Shown here: positions 37,456 to 46,915 of the stretch, piece after piece
Layout of the letters: each line of letters begins with the position of its first letter
How positions within the stretch are numbered: position 1 is the first letter of the stretch
IMG/VR virus record: IMGVR_UViG_3300042987_002978
Coordinates: 40,852-104,851 of that record
Origin: a virus
Strand: one strand, 5' to 3'
DNA length: 64,000 nucleotides
Program-made: the position numbers and the translations under genes
The notes under the pieces: generated by a model
Seen by the model: the letters and a program-made list of their open reading frames with translations, nothing else
What the model was told of the DNA's origin: nothing
The model's database searches: none

Positions 37456-38724
37456 TCAGGGCGCGCTGTCGAATTCGACTTCGACGAACGACTCCGGACG
37501 CTTGACAGCAAGAGCAAGACGCTCTTCGGCCAGAATCGCAACTGCGTTCCGGATGAAGAAGTCGCTGTGCTGCTCGGCGACGCGGATGTTGCCTTCCATG
37601 CGGTCGTACAGCGTGGCGCCGATACCGAACGCACCCACGAGAGCGAAGCCCTCAGTGATGGCCGGAGTGGCAACCATCGGCAGACGCCACAGGCGAGCCT
37701 CGGCACCCATCGAGACGGACATGACCATCAGGTGACGGTCCTCTCCATCCTTCGTGAGTTCGAGGTCTTCCATGTCGTTCGGGTGAACGATGATGCCTGT
37801 CGGCTCGTAGTACGCGAGCAGCGACTTGGTGATACCGCGACGGATTGCGTCGATGCGGGTGTCACCAGTGACGCCATCGCTCCAGGCCTGAGTCTGGATG
37901 CCCGAGGTCTCACGGATGCCGGTCAGGTTCGAACCTGTGCCGTCGCCGTTGAGAATCTGGTCATCTTCGACAAGGCGGAGGCCGTACAGCAACTCGTTGT
38001 CGATGATGCCACGGAGTGTGGGCTCATCGTCAAGCACGTTGCGGTGGGCAACCTCGTAGTGGGCGATTGTGCGGACCGGAGCCTGCACACCCACGACTGT
38101 CATGGACGACTGCGGCTTGGCTGTGAACACGGCGGGCGAACCCGAGCGCTCAGCAACTGTCGACGCGTTGTTGGTAAATCCGCTGACGCGGAAGTACTCA
38201 ATCATGTTGGTGTTGGTCTGCTGCACCGGGAACAGGTCGCGGACTCGCATGACGCGCTTGGCGCGCTCAACGATGCCTTCACGGACCGGCGAACCGAAGT
38301 CGCCAGGCGTGCCTGTGGGCAGTGCAGTGAAGATGTCCTTCACCTGGTACGGAGCATGCATGGTGTAGCCATTGCGGCCATTGCTCATGCTCTTGAACTC
38401 ATCCGACTCGACGAAGCGCTGGCCGAGTGACTTCTTTTCGTCACCAGGCAAGTAGAGCGACTTCGGGGCAGCCGCGGCGGGAGCCGACGAACCGGCGGCC
38501 CAAGCCTTGACTTCCTGAAGACCCTCAAGGGCCTCAATCTCTGCACGGATTTCGCGCGCCTTGGCAAGTCCCGAACGGAACGCCTCGACGTGCTTTGCTT
38601 CAACTTGAACTTCAGGGCCGCCCTCTTCACGGTTGGCCTCGACATGGTCGACGATAGCGTCGTTCTGTGCGAGGACATCCTTGAGTGCACCCTTAAGTTC
38701 CTTCAAACGGCTATCCATAGCCAT
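37456..38724 (-). CDS. Major capsid protein, HK97 fold with N-terminal delta domain
   Basis: VRDLFP, EDDQILNGDGTG.NL.GI, HP.D..L.L.KD, F.RN.V.ILAEERLAL.V.RP.SF. Confidence 0.95.
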   Translation of the reverse strand: MAMDSRLKELKGALKDVLAQNDAIVDHVEANREEGGPEVQVEAKHVEAFRSGLAKAREIRAEIEALEGLQEVKAWAAGSSAPAAAAPKSLYLPGDEKKSLGQRFVESDEFKSMSNGRNGYTMHAPYQVKDIFTALPTGTPGDFGSPVREGIVERAKRVMRVRDLFPVQQTNTNMIEYFRVSGFTNNASTVAERSGSPAVFTAKPQSSMTVVGVQAPVRTIAHYEVAHRNVLDDEPTLRGIIDNELLYGLRLVEDDQILNGDGTGSNLTGIRETSGIQTQAWSDGVTGDTRIDAIRRGITKSLLAYYEPTGIIVHPNDMEDLELTKDGEDRHLMVMSVSMGAEARLWRLPMVATPAITEGFALVGAFGIGATLYDRMEGNIRVAEQHSDFFIRNAVAILAEERLALAVKRPESFVEVEFDSAP

Positions 38725-38791
38725 AGTAGGTACTCCTTTTTAGAGTGTTTGTAACTTATAGGACGACAAGGTAAGCACCTCGCCGTAACAG

Positions 38792-38820
38792 AGTATGCTA
38801 CAACATAAACACCTTGTCAA
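38792..38820 (-). promoter_or_regulatory. SigA-type promoter of capsid gene
   Basis: TTGACA-N17-CATACT, followed by a 10-bp leader hairpin (ACGGCGAGGT-GCTT-ACCTTGTCGT) and AAGGAG. Confidence 0.75.
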
Positions 38821-38827
38821 GCAGGTG

Positions 38828-39127
38828 CTATTCGTCTTCTTCGTCGTTTTTGTCTTCCTCTTCCAAGAAGGCGTCAAACAGGTTGTCAATCATCGTCACC
38901 GAATTGGCATTGAACGGTTCGACCAGTACGTTGCCCTTAAAGGTGATTTTTGGGGCCGGGGTGGCAGCCCTAAGGATTGAGGCAACCTTGTCAAGAACCG
39001 CAGAAGCAACGAATGGGGGTATCGAGCCGAGGTCTACGTGAATCGGCTCGTCCATATCGTCATGGGATACGGAAATCGTGATTACTGGGAACTGAATGTC
39101 ACCATCGTCCTGAAAATCAGGCCTCAT
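38828..39127 (-). CDS. Hypothetical acidic protein (99 aa)
   Basis: Start MRPDFQ overlaps the end of the phosphoesterase gene. Confidence 0.6.
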   Translation of the reverse strand: MRPDFQDDGDIQFPVITISVSHDDMDEPIHVDLGSIPPFVASAVLDKVASILRAATPAPKITFKGNVLVEPFNANSVTMIDNLFDAFLEEEDKNDEEDE

Positions 39128-40301
39128 ACTCGACACCCCTGAAGATGCCCCTCCCGTTGTAAATCCACATCTGCTCGTAGTTGAACCACTCTTCCTTGAC
39201 GCCCTTGGGCTGGTATTGGACCACGGCAAGGCCTTGCTGCCAGTTCTCTGCACCCTGCATCAATGGACGACCGAATTCGTCAGAGCCAGACTTGGTTGAA
39301 GGAACTGCTCCGTCAATCCTGCACAAGCAACCAGGGCTGGCGGCCATGATTGTGCGCGGACCCGCCTCAGAGACTCGCGTCCGATAAGCAACCTCGACTC
39401 GGTGAATGTGTCCGTAGATGACCGACTTGTGTGCGTCGTTCAAATACTTCGTCGTAGTTGAGCCATTCGAAGTGACCCTGTCTCCGTGCCTGATGATGAG
39501 ATTCTCGTTCAGGGCCAGGAAGGATTCCGGATACCCAGACAGATACTCAATTTGGAATTCGTCCATGCGACAAAGATTCGGGACTGACAAAACCGGCCAG
39601 TTGTCCCGCAGTTCGTCGTTCAGTTTCCCGCGCGTAAGACCGAATGCCGCCTCGGCGTTCATCTGCACGTATCGGGCAAGTCGCGCCTCGTGGTTGCCGG
39701 CAATCCATGTAATCTTCGCGCTTGGCGCAGCGGCACGGATTTGCGCGCACAACAAAGTTGCGCGGTCAATCGTGGCCTGTGTCAGTTGCTTGAATGTCGG
39801 GGCAGTCAAATACTTGCCGAACTCTGCGAAGTCAAGATTGTCGCCCAACAACACCACTTGGTCTGGGTTCATGTCTTGGACAAGTTTCAAAGCGATGGAG
39901 ATTGCCTTTTCGTCGTGAATCGGCTCCAGGTGCGCATTCTGCTCAAGGGACTTTTTGTAGTAGCCCATTTGCATGTCAGGCAAGATGACTGCTGTTTCCC
40001 ACTCTTTTGTCTTGCGTGATTTGGCCTTGATTTTTGGAATGTTGTACTTGGGACCAGGAACGATTACCGGCCATTCCGGACCCGAATCCCACTTGGGGCT
40101 GAGAACCAGGCTCGCGCCGCGAAGGTCATGAATTTGTGCTTCGCCAGCCTCGTCTTTTGTGACCGTCTGCCATTTGCCGACTTTCATCGATTTGATTGAA
40201 CCGACCTCTTCTGGCTTGATGTTGTGTTCCTTCAGCAGTTTCGCGACTGCCTCTATGTGTGATTTCTCGGACACTTTATTTATGTCGTCTGACAATGGCA
40301 T
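39117..40301 (-). CDS. Calcineurin-like metallophosphoesterase
   Basis: PDMQ, LLGD, GNHE, HG, GHIH motifs. GGAGG RBS before MPLSDD. Confidence 0.85.
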   Translation of the reverse strand: MPLSDDINKVSEKSHIEAVAKLLKEHNIKPEEVGSIKSMKVGKWQTVTKDEAGEAQIHDLRGASLVLSPKWDSGPEWPVIVPGPKYNIPKIKAKSRKTKEWETAVILPDMQMGYYKKSLEQNAHLEPIHDEKAISIALKLVQDMNPDQVVLLGDNLDFAEFGKYLTAPTFKQLTQATIDRATLLCAQIRAAAPSAKITWIAGNHEARLARYVQMNAEAAFGLTRGKLNDELRDNWPVLSVPNLCRMDEFQIEYLSGYPESFLALNENLIIRHGDRVTSNGSTTTKYLNDAHKSVIYGHIHRVEVAYRTRVSEAGPRTIMAASPGCLCRIDGAVPSTKSGSDEFGRPLMQGAENWQQGLAVVQYQPKGVKEEWFNYEQMWIYNGRGIFRGVEYEA

Positions 40302-40303
40302 GA

Positions 40304-40558
40304 TTATTTCCCTCCAAGAGTGTTTGTAGTGCGAAGTGTTATCCCATTTGCTCTGCGCCATTGGTTGATTGCCCAGCAGCCGCATTCAATTTTGTTTTTG
40401 CGCAGAACTCGCTCTATTGCGCGAGTTGGAACGTCAGGGTCTAACAAAGCCTTCTTCAGGCTCTCGGCATCTTTCTTGTTCAGAGATGCAAGAAGATTGT
40501 CGACCTTCAGCGATTGATGCTGCTTGGTCTCCGATTTACATTCCTCGTAAAAGTCCAT
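40304..40558 (-). CDS. Small basic protein coupled to phosphoesterase
   Basis: 84 aa, helical, GGAGG RBS. Confidence 0.65.
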   Translation of the reverse strand: MDFYEECKSETKQHQSLKVDNLLASLNKKDAESLKKALLDPDVPTRAIERVLRKNKIECGCWAINQWRRANGITLRTTNTLGGK

Positions 40559-40609
40559 GTGCCTCCATGGTTGGTAAATCCGCCCATGGAGAGATTAGCA
40601 CATGCGTGG

Positions 40610-42055
40610 TTACTGCTTGGTGATTTCCTTAAGCAGGTTGTGGAACTCTTTGAGTTCGTCGAACGAAATCGATGCTTTGGCTTCGACGACCGGCTGCTCT
40701 TCGGCTGGTGTCTCTTCCGCCTTCGCCTCTTCCGTCACGACTTCTTCCGCCTTGACCTCTTCAGTCAATGTCTCGGTTGCAGGTGTCTCTTCGACTGATG
40801 TTTCTTCAACTGCAGCAACGACATCTTCTGCCTTGACTTCCTCGACGACTGTTTCTTCTGCAACGGGAGTCTCTTCGACGACATCGGACTTCTCTTCGCT
40901 GTCCAACTCTGCGAGACGCTTCAGAACTTCAGCGTTCTGCTCGATAACACGCTTGACAAGCGCGCTGAACTCTGGGTCGATGCTCTTCATTGCTGTCTCC
41001 TCATCATCTTCTTCTTCACTATCGTAGTCATCTTCGCCGTCCCCAGTGGGCAAGGCTTCCTCTACCGTCAGGCCGTCGCCTCGGGCGACGACAGTGACGT
41101 TGGTTGAGTGCCATTCGCCCTCTGATTTGGCCGATTTTGAGGACTCTTCCATGTCCTCGTCGTCCTCGGGCTCCTCTTCCTCCTCGTACTCTTCTTTCAT
41201 CCAGACCCTGATAACAAAGGCCGGATTGTCTTCCGAACCCTCGATTTCAAGGCCTTGAGGCTCGCCGCGGGCCATGCCATCTGTAACGACCTCCACCACG
41301 TCCCCGTAGTACTTGCCCTTTGAGGTGTCCCAAGAGACGATTGCACCCTTTTCGGGCATGCCATCGGCCTTTTCCATGACGACGAACGTGCGGAGTTTTA
41401 TTTCTGCGTAATCCAGTTCGTAAAACTCGCCGGTCCTGGCATCCTTTTCGTCAATCTGCTCGACCAAAGCGACATCATCATCGGCCTCGACAACGATGCC
41501 CTTGAACTCTTGGTCCCCTTCCATCCAAGAGACATCGCTCTCGACGTCAATGATGTTGTCCAAATCCTCTAGGCCCTTAACGGTCAAATCCAAGGTCTCA
41601 GCAAGCGGGGCGTCGATGAGGCCCTTGAACATCATGATTGCGTCCACGTCCTCATCGGACTTGAGTTCTGGTGCCTCTCGGTCGGCGTCTTTGTAGTGGG
41701 CTGCAATGTGGCGATATACGCCCTGTCGTGCCGCACCGCGGAGAACAGTCCCTTGACGCCCACCATTCAGGACAGCAACCGAGTTTGCCAATGCGCGGCC
41801 TGATGCCTCTCCGGCAGCGCCGTCTGAGCCGACAAAATGATGGATGAAGGAATAATGAGTCTTTCGGGTTCCCTTTGTGTTGGGGAGTTGGAACGCAAAA
41901 ATATCGTTGTAGTAACTAGGGGTGGCCGGCGAGCGCATTTTCTTGAATTGCGCAGTGCGGTCCCAAGCAGAACTCAAATCGACTGAAGTGGAATGAACCG
42001 GAACAACACGACCGTTCGGCCCGGTTTCCTTCAGTTCAACTTCTTGTTCACTCAT
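40610..42055 (-). CDS. Multidomain head protein/scaffold-like, sharing two domains with the protease
   Basis: N-terminal domain duplicates the protease C-terminal domain. Tudor-like V.W..S.G..G domain. Acidic C-terminal tail. Confidence 0.7.
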   Translation of the reverse strand: MSEQEVELKETGPNGRVVPVHSTSVDLSSAWDRTAQFKKMRSPATPSYYNDIFAFQLPNTKGTRKTHYSFIHHFVGSDGAAGEASGRALANSVAVLNGGRQGTVLRGAARQGVYRHIAAHYKDADREAPELKSDEDVDAIMMFKGLIDAPLAETLDLTVKGLEDLDNIIDVESDVSWMEGDQEFKGIVVEADDDVALVEQIDEKDARTGEFYELDYAEIKLRTFVVMEKADGMPEKGAIVSWDTSKGKYYGDVVEVVTDGMARGEPQGLEIEGSEDNPAFVIRVWMKEEYEEEEEPEDDEDMEESSKSAKSEGEWHSTNVTVVARGDGLTVEEALPTGDGEDDYDSEEEDDEETAMKSIDPEFSALVKRVIEQNAEVLKRLAELDSEEKSDVVEETPVAEETVVEEVKAEDVVAAVEETSVEETPATETLTEEVKAEEVVTEEAKAEETPAEEQPVVEAKASISFDELKEFHNLLKEITKQ

Positions 42056-44342
42056 CTGTGTCTGCTTTCGTCAACGGTTCTTTGATGTAACCGGCCTTAA
42101 TCATCAGATTATCCAGTTCTTCGTCAGACTTCAGAGAAGGTGGGGTTGTCCCTCCGTCTCGGTAGTGACGAGCAAGATGATTGTATACCGCTTTGCGGTC
42201 TGCACCGCGCAACACAGTACCACCGCGAGCACCGTTCAGGACTGACATTTGAACGCGAAGTTCTGACATTGCTGCTGCGCCGGGTCGTCCGTCTTCTGAG
42301 ATGTGGTGATGAATGAAGGTGTAATGGGTCTTGCGTGTTCCGTCAGTCTTTGGCAACTGATAAGCGAAAATCTTTCTGTAGTAATCTGGAGTCTCCGGCG
42401 AGCGAACTGCCAAGATTGCGCTTCTATTTATCGGAGTATCATCACGAACTGCCGTTGAATGGCTGCGAATCGGCCCGCCATCTGCTTTCGCCTCGATGGC
42501 GTCCCAGTCGATTCCTTCGTCGCTTTGCTCCCACTCATCAATGGCGGCAGCATAAGACTTCATATCGTTCCACTGAACAACTCCGTCAGGGATAACAGCA
42601 AAACGGCACTTGCCGTTTTCGTTGACCCTTTGCTTGATGATTGCGCAAACCCCGTCGCCCTGGTACAAAGTGCAGTTTGCACACTTGACGCCGATGCTCT
42701 TTTCGTCATTTTCTGCCGGGCTTTCGTACCCTGCCCAGATTCCAGAACCATCTTCGTCGAATTTTCCGTGCTCGTCAGCGATTCGGACGAGAGCATCATG
42801 AAGTGCCTGCTCATCGGCAGTCAGGTTCGGATGCATCCTGCCATGGTCTTGCGCCTTTGACTCAATATCGGCATCTTCCGACTTCGGAGCCTCTGCTGCG
42901 TACAGGGCAGACATGTGCCGCCGCGCCTCGGCAAGTGTTTCGTGGCAGCCGCCTGGAACGGGACTGTTTTCCCCTTCTTTCACTACTGCGTATCCACTGC
43001 ATCCCTGCATGTTTCGCGAGATGCGATATGGCTTGCCTTCTTCGGTGCGGCGGCGGCGGCGGCGCGGTTGACGACCGACGACTCCGGGGCGCTGCGGAGT
43101 CCCAAATGAACCCGGCGCGCCTTCCGGCATGTCTGTGTAAAGGTCTTTTGTCGGGTCCTGGATTTTCGTCAGTGTGGAAAATTTGTGTCCGACCATGGTG
43201 TCCGTGGGAACCCACTGGTTTCCTTCTTCGCGATAAACACGAATCATTGCCGCCGGGTCTTCAGGGGTGGCGGTGACTGTGAAACTGCTGTCCGGGATGC
43301 GCATGCGCCCCCTGCGCATTATGCGAGTTATCTTTCCTCGCGCACGTCCGCCAGAAGAATTCCAAATCACGAAGTCTCCGACTTTAAGGTCACCTGGTTC
43401 TGCTTTGATTCCAAGGGCCTTCATTTCGTCGCGACGATTCATTGCCTCTACGAGTTTTGTGGACCATGTACGTCCAGCATCACCGCCCCACAATTTCCAG
43501 GCGATGAGTCCTGCGCCGGGATAACCATCTGCTCCTGGCCTGCTGTTTGCCGGAGTACGCAGGTCGACTTCATGCCGCGGGAAATATTTTGCGATGTGCC
43601 GCACCTTGCGGGGTGCTGCAGTGTTGTTGTTGATGAGATAGTTGGCGGTGTTCTTTCCAACCGACGTACCTCCGCGATTGTATTCACGCGACCATTTCAG
43701 CCCGATTTCGGCTTGCTTCTTCACGCCGGAGGGAATCGAAAAATTAAGGTCTGAGTAGTCTCCAGCCTTTTCTTCGTCAAAATCATCGAACTCGTCGTAA
43801 ATTTCTTCTTCGTTGGACTCAATTTCATTAATGTCGTCCTTGACGCTAAGTGTTCGCGTGTTCGGGGCGGCACCGAAAATGACCGGTGAATACTCGTAAA
43901 GTTCGAGAGCCTTGATAAACCGGACGCCAGTTTTTTCGTCTGTGGTGGACTTTCCTTCTGGAACCGAATAACCGATTGACCACTCCTGCTCTTCGGCAAA
44001 AAATTGGACGTCATGGAACGCATCTCGCCCACGACTTGTGTTCAGGTTGAATTGCATCTTGACGAGAAGAGCACCTGCGCCCTGCTGGCGCAAATCTTCC
44101 GGCAACCTTTCATCGCCAGGCATCAATTCCTCCACCTTCAATGTCTTAGCGACAGGAATGTTCGTGTCGTGCGACCACACGCCTTTCGGATTTCGCTTTC
44201 GCAGCGTATTCTTGTAAGCGCCCGGCTCGATGACATCGTTTACCGAGTCAACGACATTTGTGACGGAGACGATTGCCTCCACGATTCCATCTGCTTCGCT
44301 CAAGCCGCGAACCGATGAAACTGGAACGTTCTTGCGGTCCAT
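42048..44342 (-). CDS. HK97-type prohead protease fused to several accessory domains
   Basis: VDSVNDVIEPGA, WSHD, WSIGY, LYEYSPVIFGA in the first ~170 aa. About 590 further aa of modules. Confidence 0.9.
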   Translation of the reverse strand: MDRKNVPVSSVRGLSEADGIVEAIVSVTNVVDSVNDVIEPGAYKNTLRKRNPKGVWSHDTNIPVAKTLKVEELMPGDERLPEDLRQQGAGALLVKMQFNLNTSRGRDAFHDVQFFAEEQEWSIGYSVPEGKSTTDEKTGVRFIKALELYEYSPVIFGAAPNTRTLSVKDDINEIESNEEEIYDEFDDFDEEKAGDYSDLNFSIPSGVKKQAEIGLKWSREYNRGGTSVGKNTANYLINNNTAAPRKVRHIAKYFPRHEVDLRTPANSRPGADGYPGAGLIAWKLWGGDAGRTWSTKLVEAMNRRDEMKALGIKAEPGDLKVGDFVIWNSSGGRARGKITRIMRRGRMRIPDSSFTVTATPEDPAAMIRVYREEGNQWVPTDTMVGHKFSTLTKIQDPTKDLYTDMPEGAPGSFGTPQRPGVVGRQPRRRRRRTEEGKPYRISRNMQGCSGYAVVKEGENSPVPGGCHETLAEARRHMSALYAAEAPKSEDADIESKAQDHGRMHPNLTADEQALHDALVRIADEHGKFDEDGSGIWAGYESPAENDEKSIGVKCANCTLYQGDGVCAIIKQRVNENGKCRFAVIPDGVVQWNDMKSYAAAIDEWEQSDEGIDWDAIEAKADGGPIRSHSTAVRDDTPINRSAILAVRSPETPDYYRKIFAYQLPKTDGTRKTHYTFIHHHISEDGRPGAAAMSELRVQMSVLNGARGGTVLRGADRKAVYNHLARHYRDGGTTPPSLKSDEELDNLMIKAGYIKEPLTKADTDE

Positions 44343-44407
44343 CTAGCCTCCTGGCGAGCGATTATACATTGCGCGGACGTCCAGGTTAACTAAACCTGTC
44401 GTATAGG

Positions 44408-46570
44408 CTAAGCAAACGACAATGTGCAGCGGCAGTTGATTACCGAAGTTCCGTCTCCCACAAAATCGCCGGGAAAGCGAACTGACTTACCTTCAATGTC
44501 AAAATTGTCGTCAATCGCAATCGTCACATTGGAAACGTGATGGTGCTCCGCGCGGCCGTCTTCGTCGTTTGAATGCACCCATGTCTTCTTGGTGTAACCA
44601 AGTTGACGTGCAGCCCAGAGAAGTCCCGCGTTGAAGGCACCTGACACCTCGGTCCTCACGATTGTTTTAATTCTCTTCGAGAAAGAATCTGACATCCATT
44701 TTGTCAGTTCGGCGACGAATGAAGCGTGCGGGCGGCCGGCGAAGGCGTCGAGCATCTTCTGCATGTTTACCTTGGTCGTCTGGTTAACGAGCAGCAGATT
44801 GCTAAGCCTGTCGGCAATCAACTCCTGGACCGCCTTGCCCTGCATGTCCAACTTGTCAAAGCCTTCTCCGGCGATATCAATTGCGCCGTCAAGGAACACG
44901 GCGGAAATCCATGTCTTTCCGTCGGTCTCCAACTGTCCGTTCCAGACCTCGATATCGAAAAAGTCGTCAACTTCAATCTTCTCGCCGGAGTCCCAGCGCT
45001 CCTTCATTTTCTTTGAGCCGGCCTTCTCCATGACCACTCGTTGCTGGCGCTTGAAGTACGAGGCGATTTGCAAAGTCACGCTGGCTTCGAGCCTGTCCAA
45101 TTGACGAGTCCTGCGCTGGATGTTCGTCGTTTCTTTTGTCGACTCCGGCTCGGGAGCAGACAGTTCCGACATTGCCGGAGCAAAAATGGGCCGCGGGCTT
45201 GGGTCGTTGGTGTTATCGGTGTCGATTCGTGGCGAAGATGGAGCGTTGGCTGCTCCCATCGGAACCGCCTCATCCGGGGCGTCGTTCGGTCGGCGACCAG
45301 GATTCTGGTTCGGGTTCACTCTTTCGCCCGGCTGCGTCCCGCTGCCGTCAGTCGACATGACGACAGGCGACAAGTTCGTCGGGACGAGCAAGTCGTCCAT
45401 TCCGACGCCTTCGCGGCCGGTCAGTTCACGGTACTCATCGATGCTGATTGCGCCTTGCTTGAGTTCCTCAAGATGGAATTTTGCACGCTCGCGGTCGTCG
45501 CGGCTGAGGATTGCAACAGATGAAAGGTCGTAGGAGAAGTATGTGTTCGGCTTGTCGTCGAGGATGTCAAAAGCACGCTCAAGAAGAGTGAGGTGCGGAA
45601 GCATCGTTTCGCGCCAGAACACTTCGAGTTCGACGTCGGCGTTGGCGAACGTGCGACCAGAAGCGTTTCCGATTACGGACTCAGGAACACCAAAAGCAAG
45701 AAGAATTTCTTCTTTGTTCTGGGTTCGCGCCTCGGTGTATTGAGCATCTCGTTGGTTGACGGCAGTGTCGATGAAACTTGCGTCTTCTGCCGAGAGAACG
45801 GTGATTCTTCCCGCTCCGCCAATGTTTGAACCTGTGGTGCCGCGGAATCTGCGGGCGATTTCCTCGCTCTGCTCTTCTTCCATGTCGCCCTTGATGACCA
45901 ACATCCCGCCTGGACGTCCGTCGTTGATGACGAAGTTGCGGTTGTAGACGCGTGAGTAATAATCAAACTCAATGGCAAGACCGGCAGACTCAAGCGGTGT
46001 CTGGCCTTTGTACGGGTCAATCGGGTGCGGCACGCGAATCCACAGCATGTTCTCTGGTTCGACAATCTTGCGCGGAGTGTTGGGATATTCAACCGCATAG
46101 CCGGACACGTATTTGACCGGGTCCGGGATTGGGAAAACGTATTGCGGCTGGTGCAAGAAAAGCGAAGTCACATCGCCGAGCCTGTTGCGCGTAACTTCTA
46201 CGTACGCACCTTTCTTTGACAAAAGAACCTGAGAAGAAAGCATGAACCTGAAAGAGAAGGCATCTGTCGTGCTGTTGGGGCGGCGATTCAACAATTCCAG
46301 AACTGGCTCGTCCCAGGTCAGTTCGCCGATTCTCCAGTCATCCATGCGCATACCTATTGGCAAAGATGCGGCATTCGAGGCGATTGCGTAAACGGCTTTG
46401 TAGACCCACACCACGCGGTCAAGGGCTTGATTGATTCCGCGCTCTACGTCCCACCCGTCTTTGTACGGCTCACCCGGGCGGCTGTACCCGGTGGTTGCGT
46501 AACGCTTTTTCTCGCCCAGCCCGACGAAGCCGTCAGCGCCTGCTCTTGTAAAGGTCTTGAAGAATGCCAC
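44408..46570 (-). CDS. Portal protein fused to MuF-like minor head domain
   Basis: LLNRRPN, G.TPLE, PGG.L, EEI..AFGVP. C-terminal RTEV..AFN..KTW..R..H..FPGD..INCRC. Confidence 0.92.
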   Translation of the reverse strand: MAFFKTFTRAGADGFVGLGEKKRYATTGYSRPGEPYKDGWDVERGINQALDRVVWVYKAVYAIASNAASLPIGMRMDDWRIGELTWDEPVLELLNRRPNSTTDAFSFRFMLSSQVLLSKKGAYVEVTRNRLGDVTSLFLHQPQYVFPIPDPVKYVSGYAVEYPNTPRKIVEPENMLWIRVPHPIDPYKGQTPLESAGLAIEFDYYSRVYNRNFVINDGRPGGMLVIKGDMEEEQSEEIARRFRGTTGSNIGGAGRITVLSAEDASFIDTAVNQRDAQYTEARTQNKEEILLAFGVPESVIGNASGRTFANADVELEVFWRETMLPHLTLLERAFDILDDKPNTYFSYDLSSVAILSRDDRERAKFHLEELKQGAISIDEYRELTGREGVGMDDLLVPTNLSPVVMSTDGSGTQPGERVNPNQNPGRRPNDAPDEAVPMGAANAPSSPRIDTDNTNDPSPRPIFAPAMSELSAPEPESTKETTNIQRRTRQLDRLEASVTLQIASYFKRQQRVVMEKAGSKKMKERWDSGEKIEVDDFFDIEVWNGQLETDGKTWISAVFLDGAIDIAGEGFDKLDMQGKAVQELIADRLSNLLLVNQTTKVNMQKMLDAFAGRPHASFVAELTKWMSDSFSKRIKTIVRTEVSGAFNAGLLWAARQLGYTKKTWVHSNDEDGRAEHHHVSNVTIAIDDNFDIEGKSVRFPGDFVGDGTSVINCRCTLSFA

Positions 46571-46572
46571 CG

Positions 46573-46803
46573 TTATTCACCTTCATTTTCGTAGGCGAGC
46601 AGAAGGCTGAAGAAAATCAATAACGCACCGGTCACAATGAATCCGACTTCAGGACCGATGACGAACGCACCGGTCGAAATGCATGTGCCGCCGGCGAAAA
46701 GAGCCGACATAGAAACGCGTTCGCGGTCAGAAAAAACAACAAATTTACTGACGAAAAAGACCGCTATCGCGAGTGCCGCGGCGATGATTGCTCCTAGAAC
46801 CAT
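46573..46803 (-). CDS. Small membrane protein upstream of portal
   Basis: Three hydrophobic segments. Confidence 0.65.
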   Translation of the reverse strand: MVLGAIIAAALAIAVFFVSKFVVFSDRERVSMSALFAGGTCISTGAFVIGPEVGFIVTGALLIFFSLLLAYENEGE

Positions 46804-46851
46804 GACGTATCCCTTACCGTGCAAACCGATGAATCTGCCATATTTATGAAA

Positions 46852-46907
46852 CTACACCAATGGTAGTGCTGGCACCCGTCAAGGTGTTCGCACCACCATT
46901 GGTGTAG
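46852..46907 (-). terminator. 18-bp stem-loop downstream of ssb
   Basis: CTACACCAATGGTGGTGC...GCACTACCATTGGTGTAG on the minus strand. Confidence 0.7.
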
Positions 46908-46915
46908 GTCTTACT

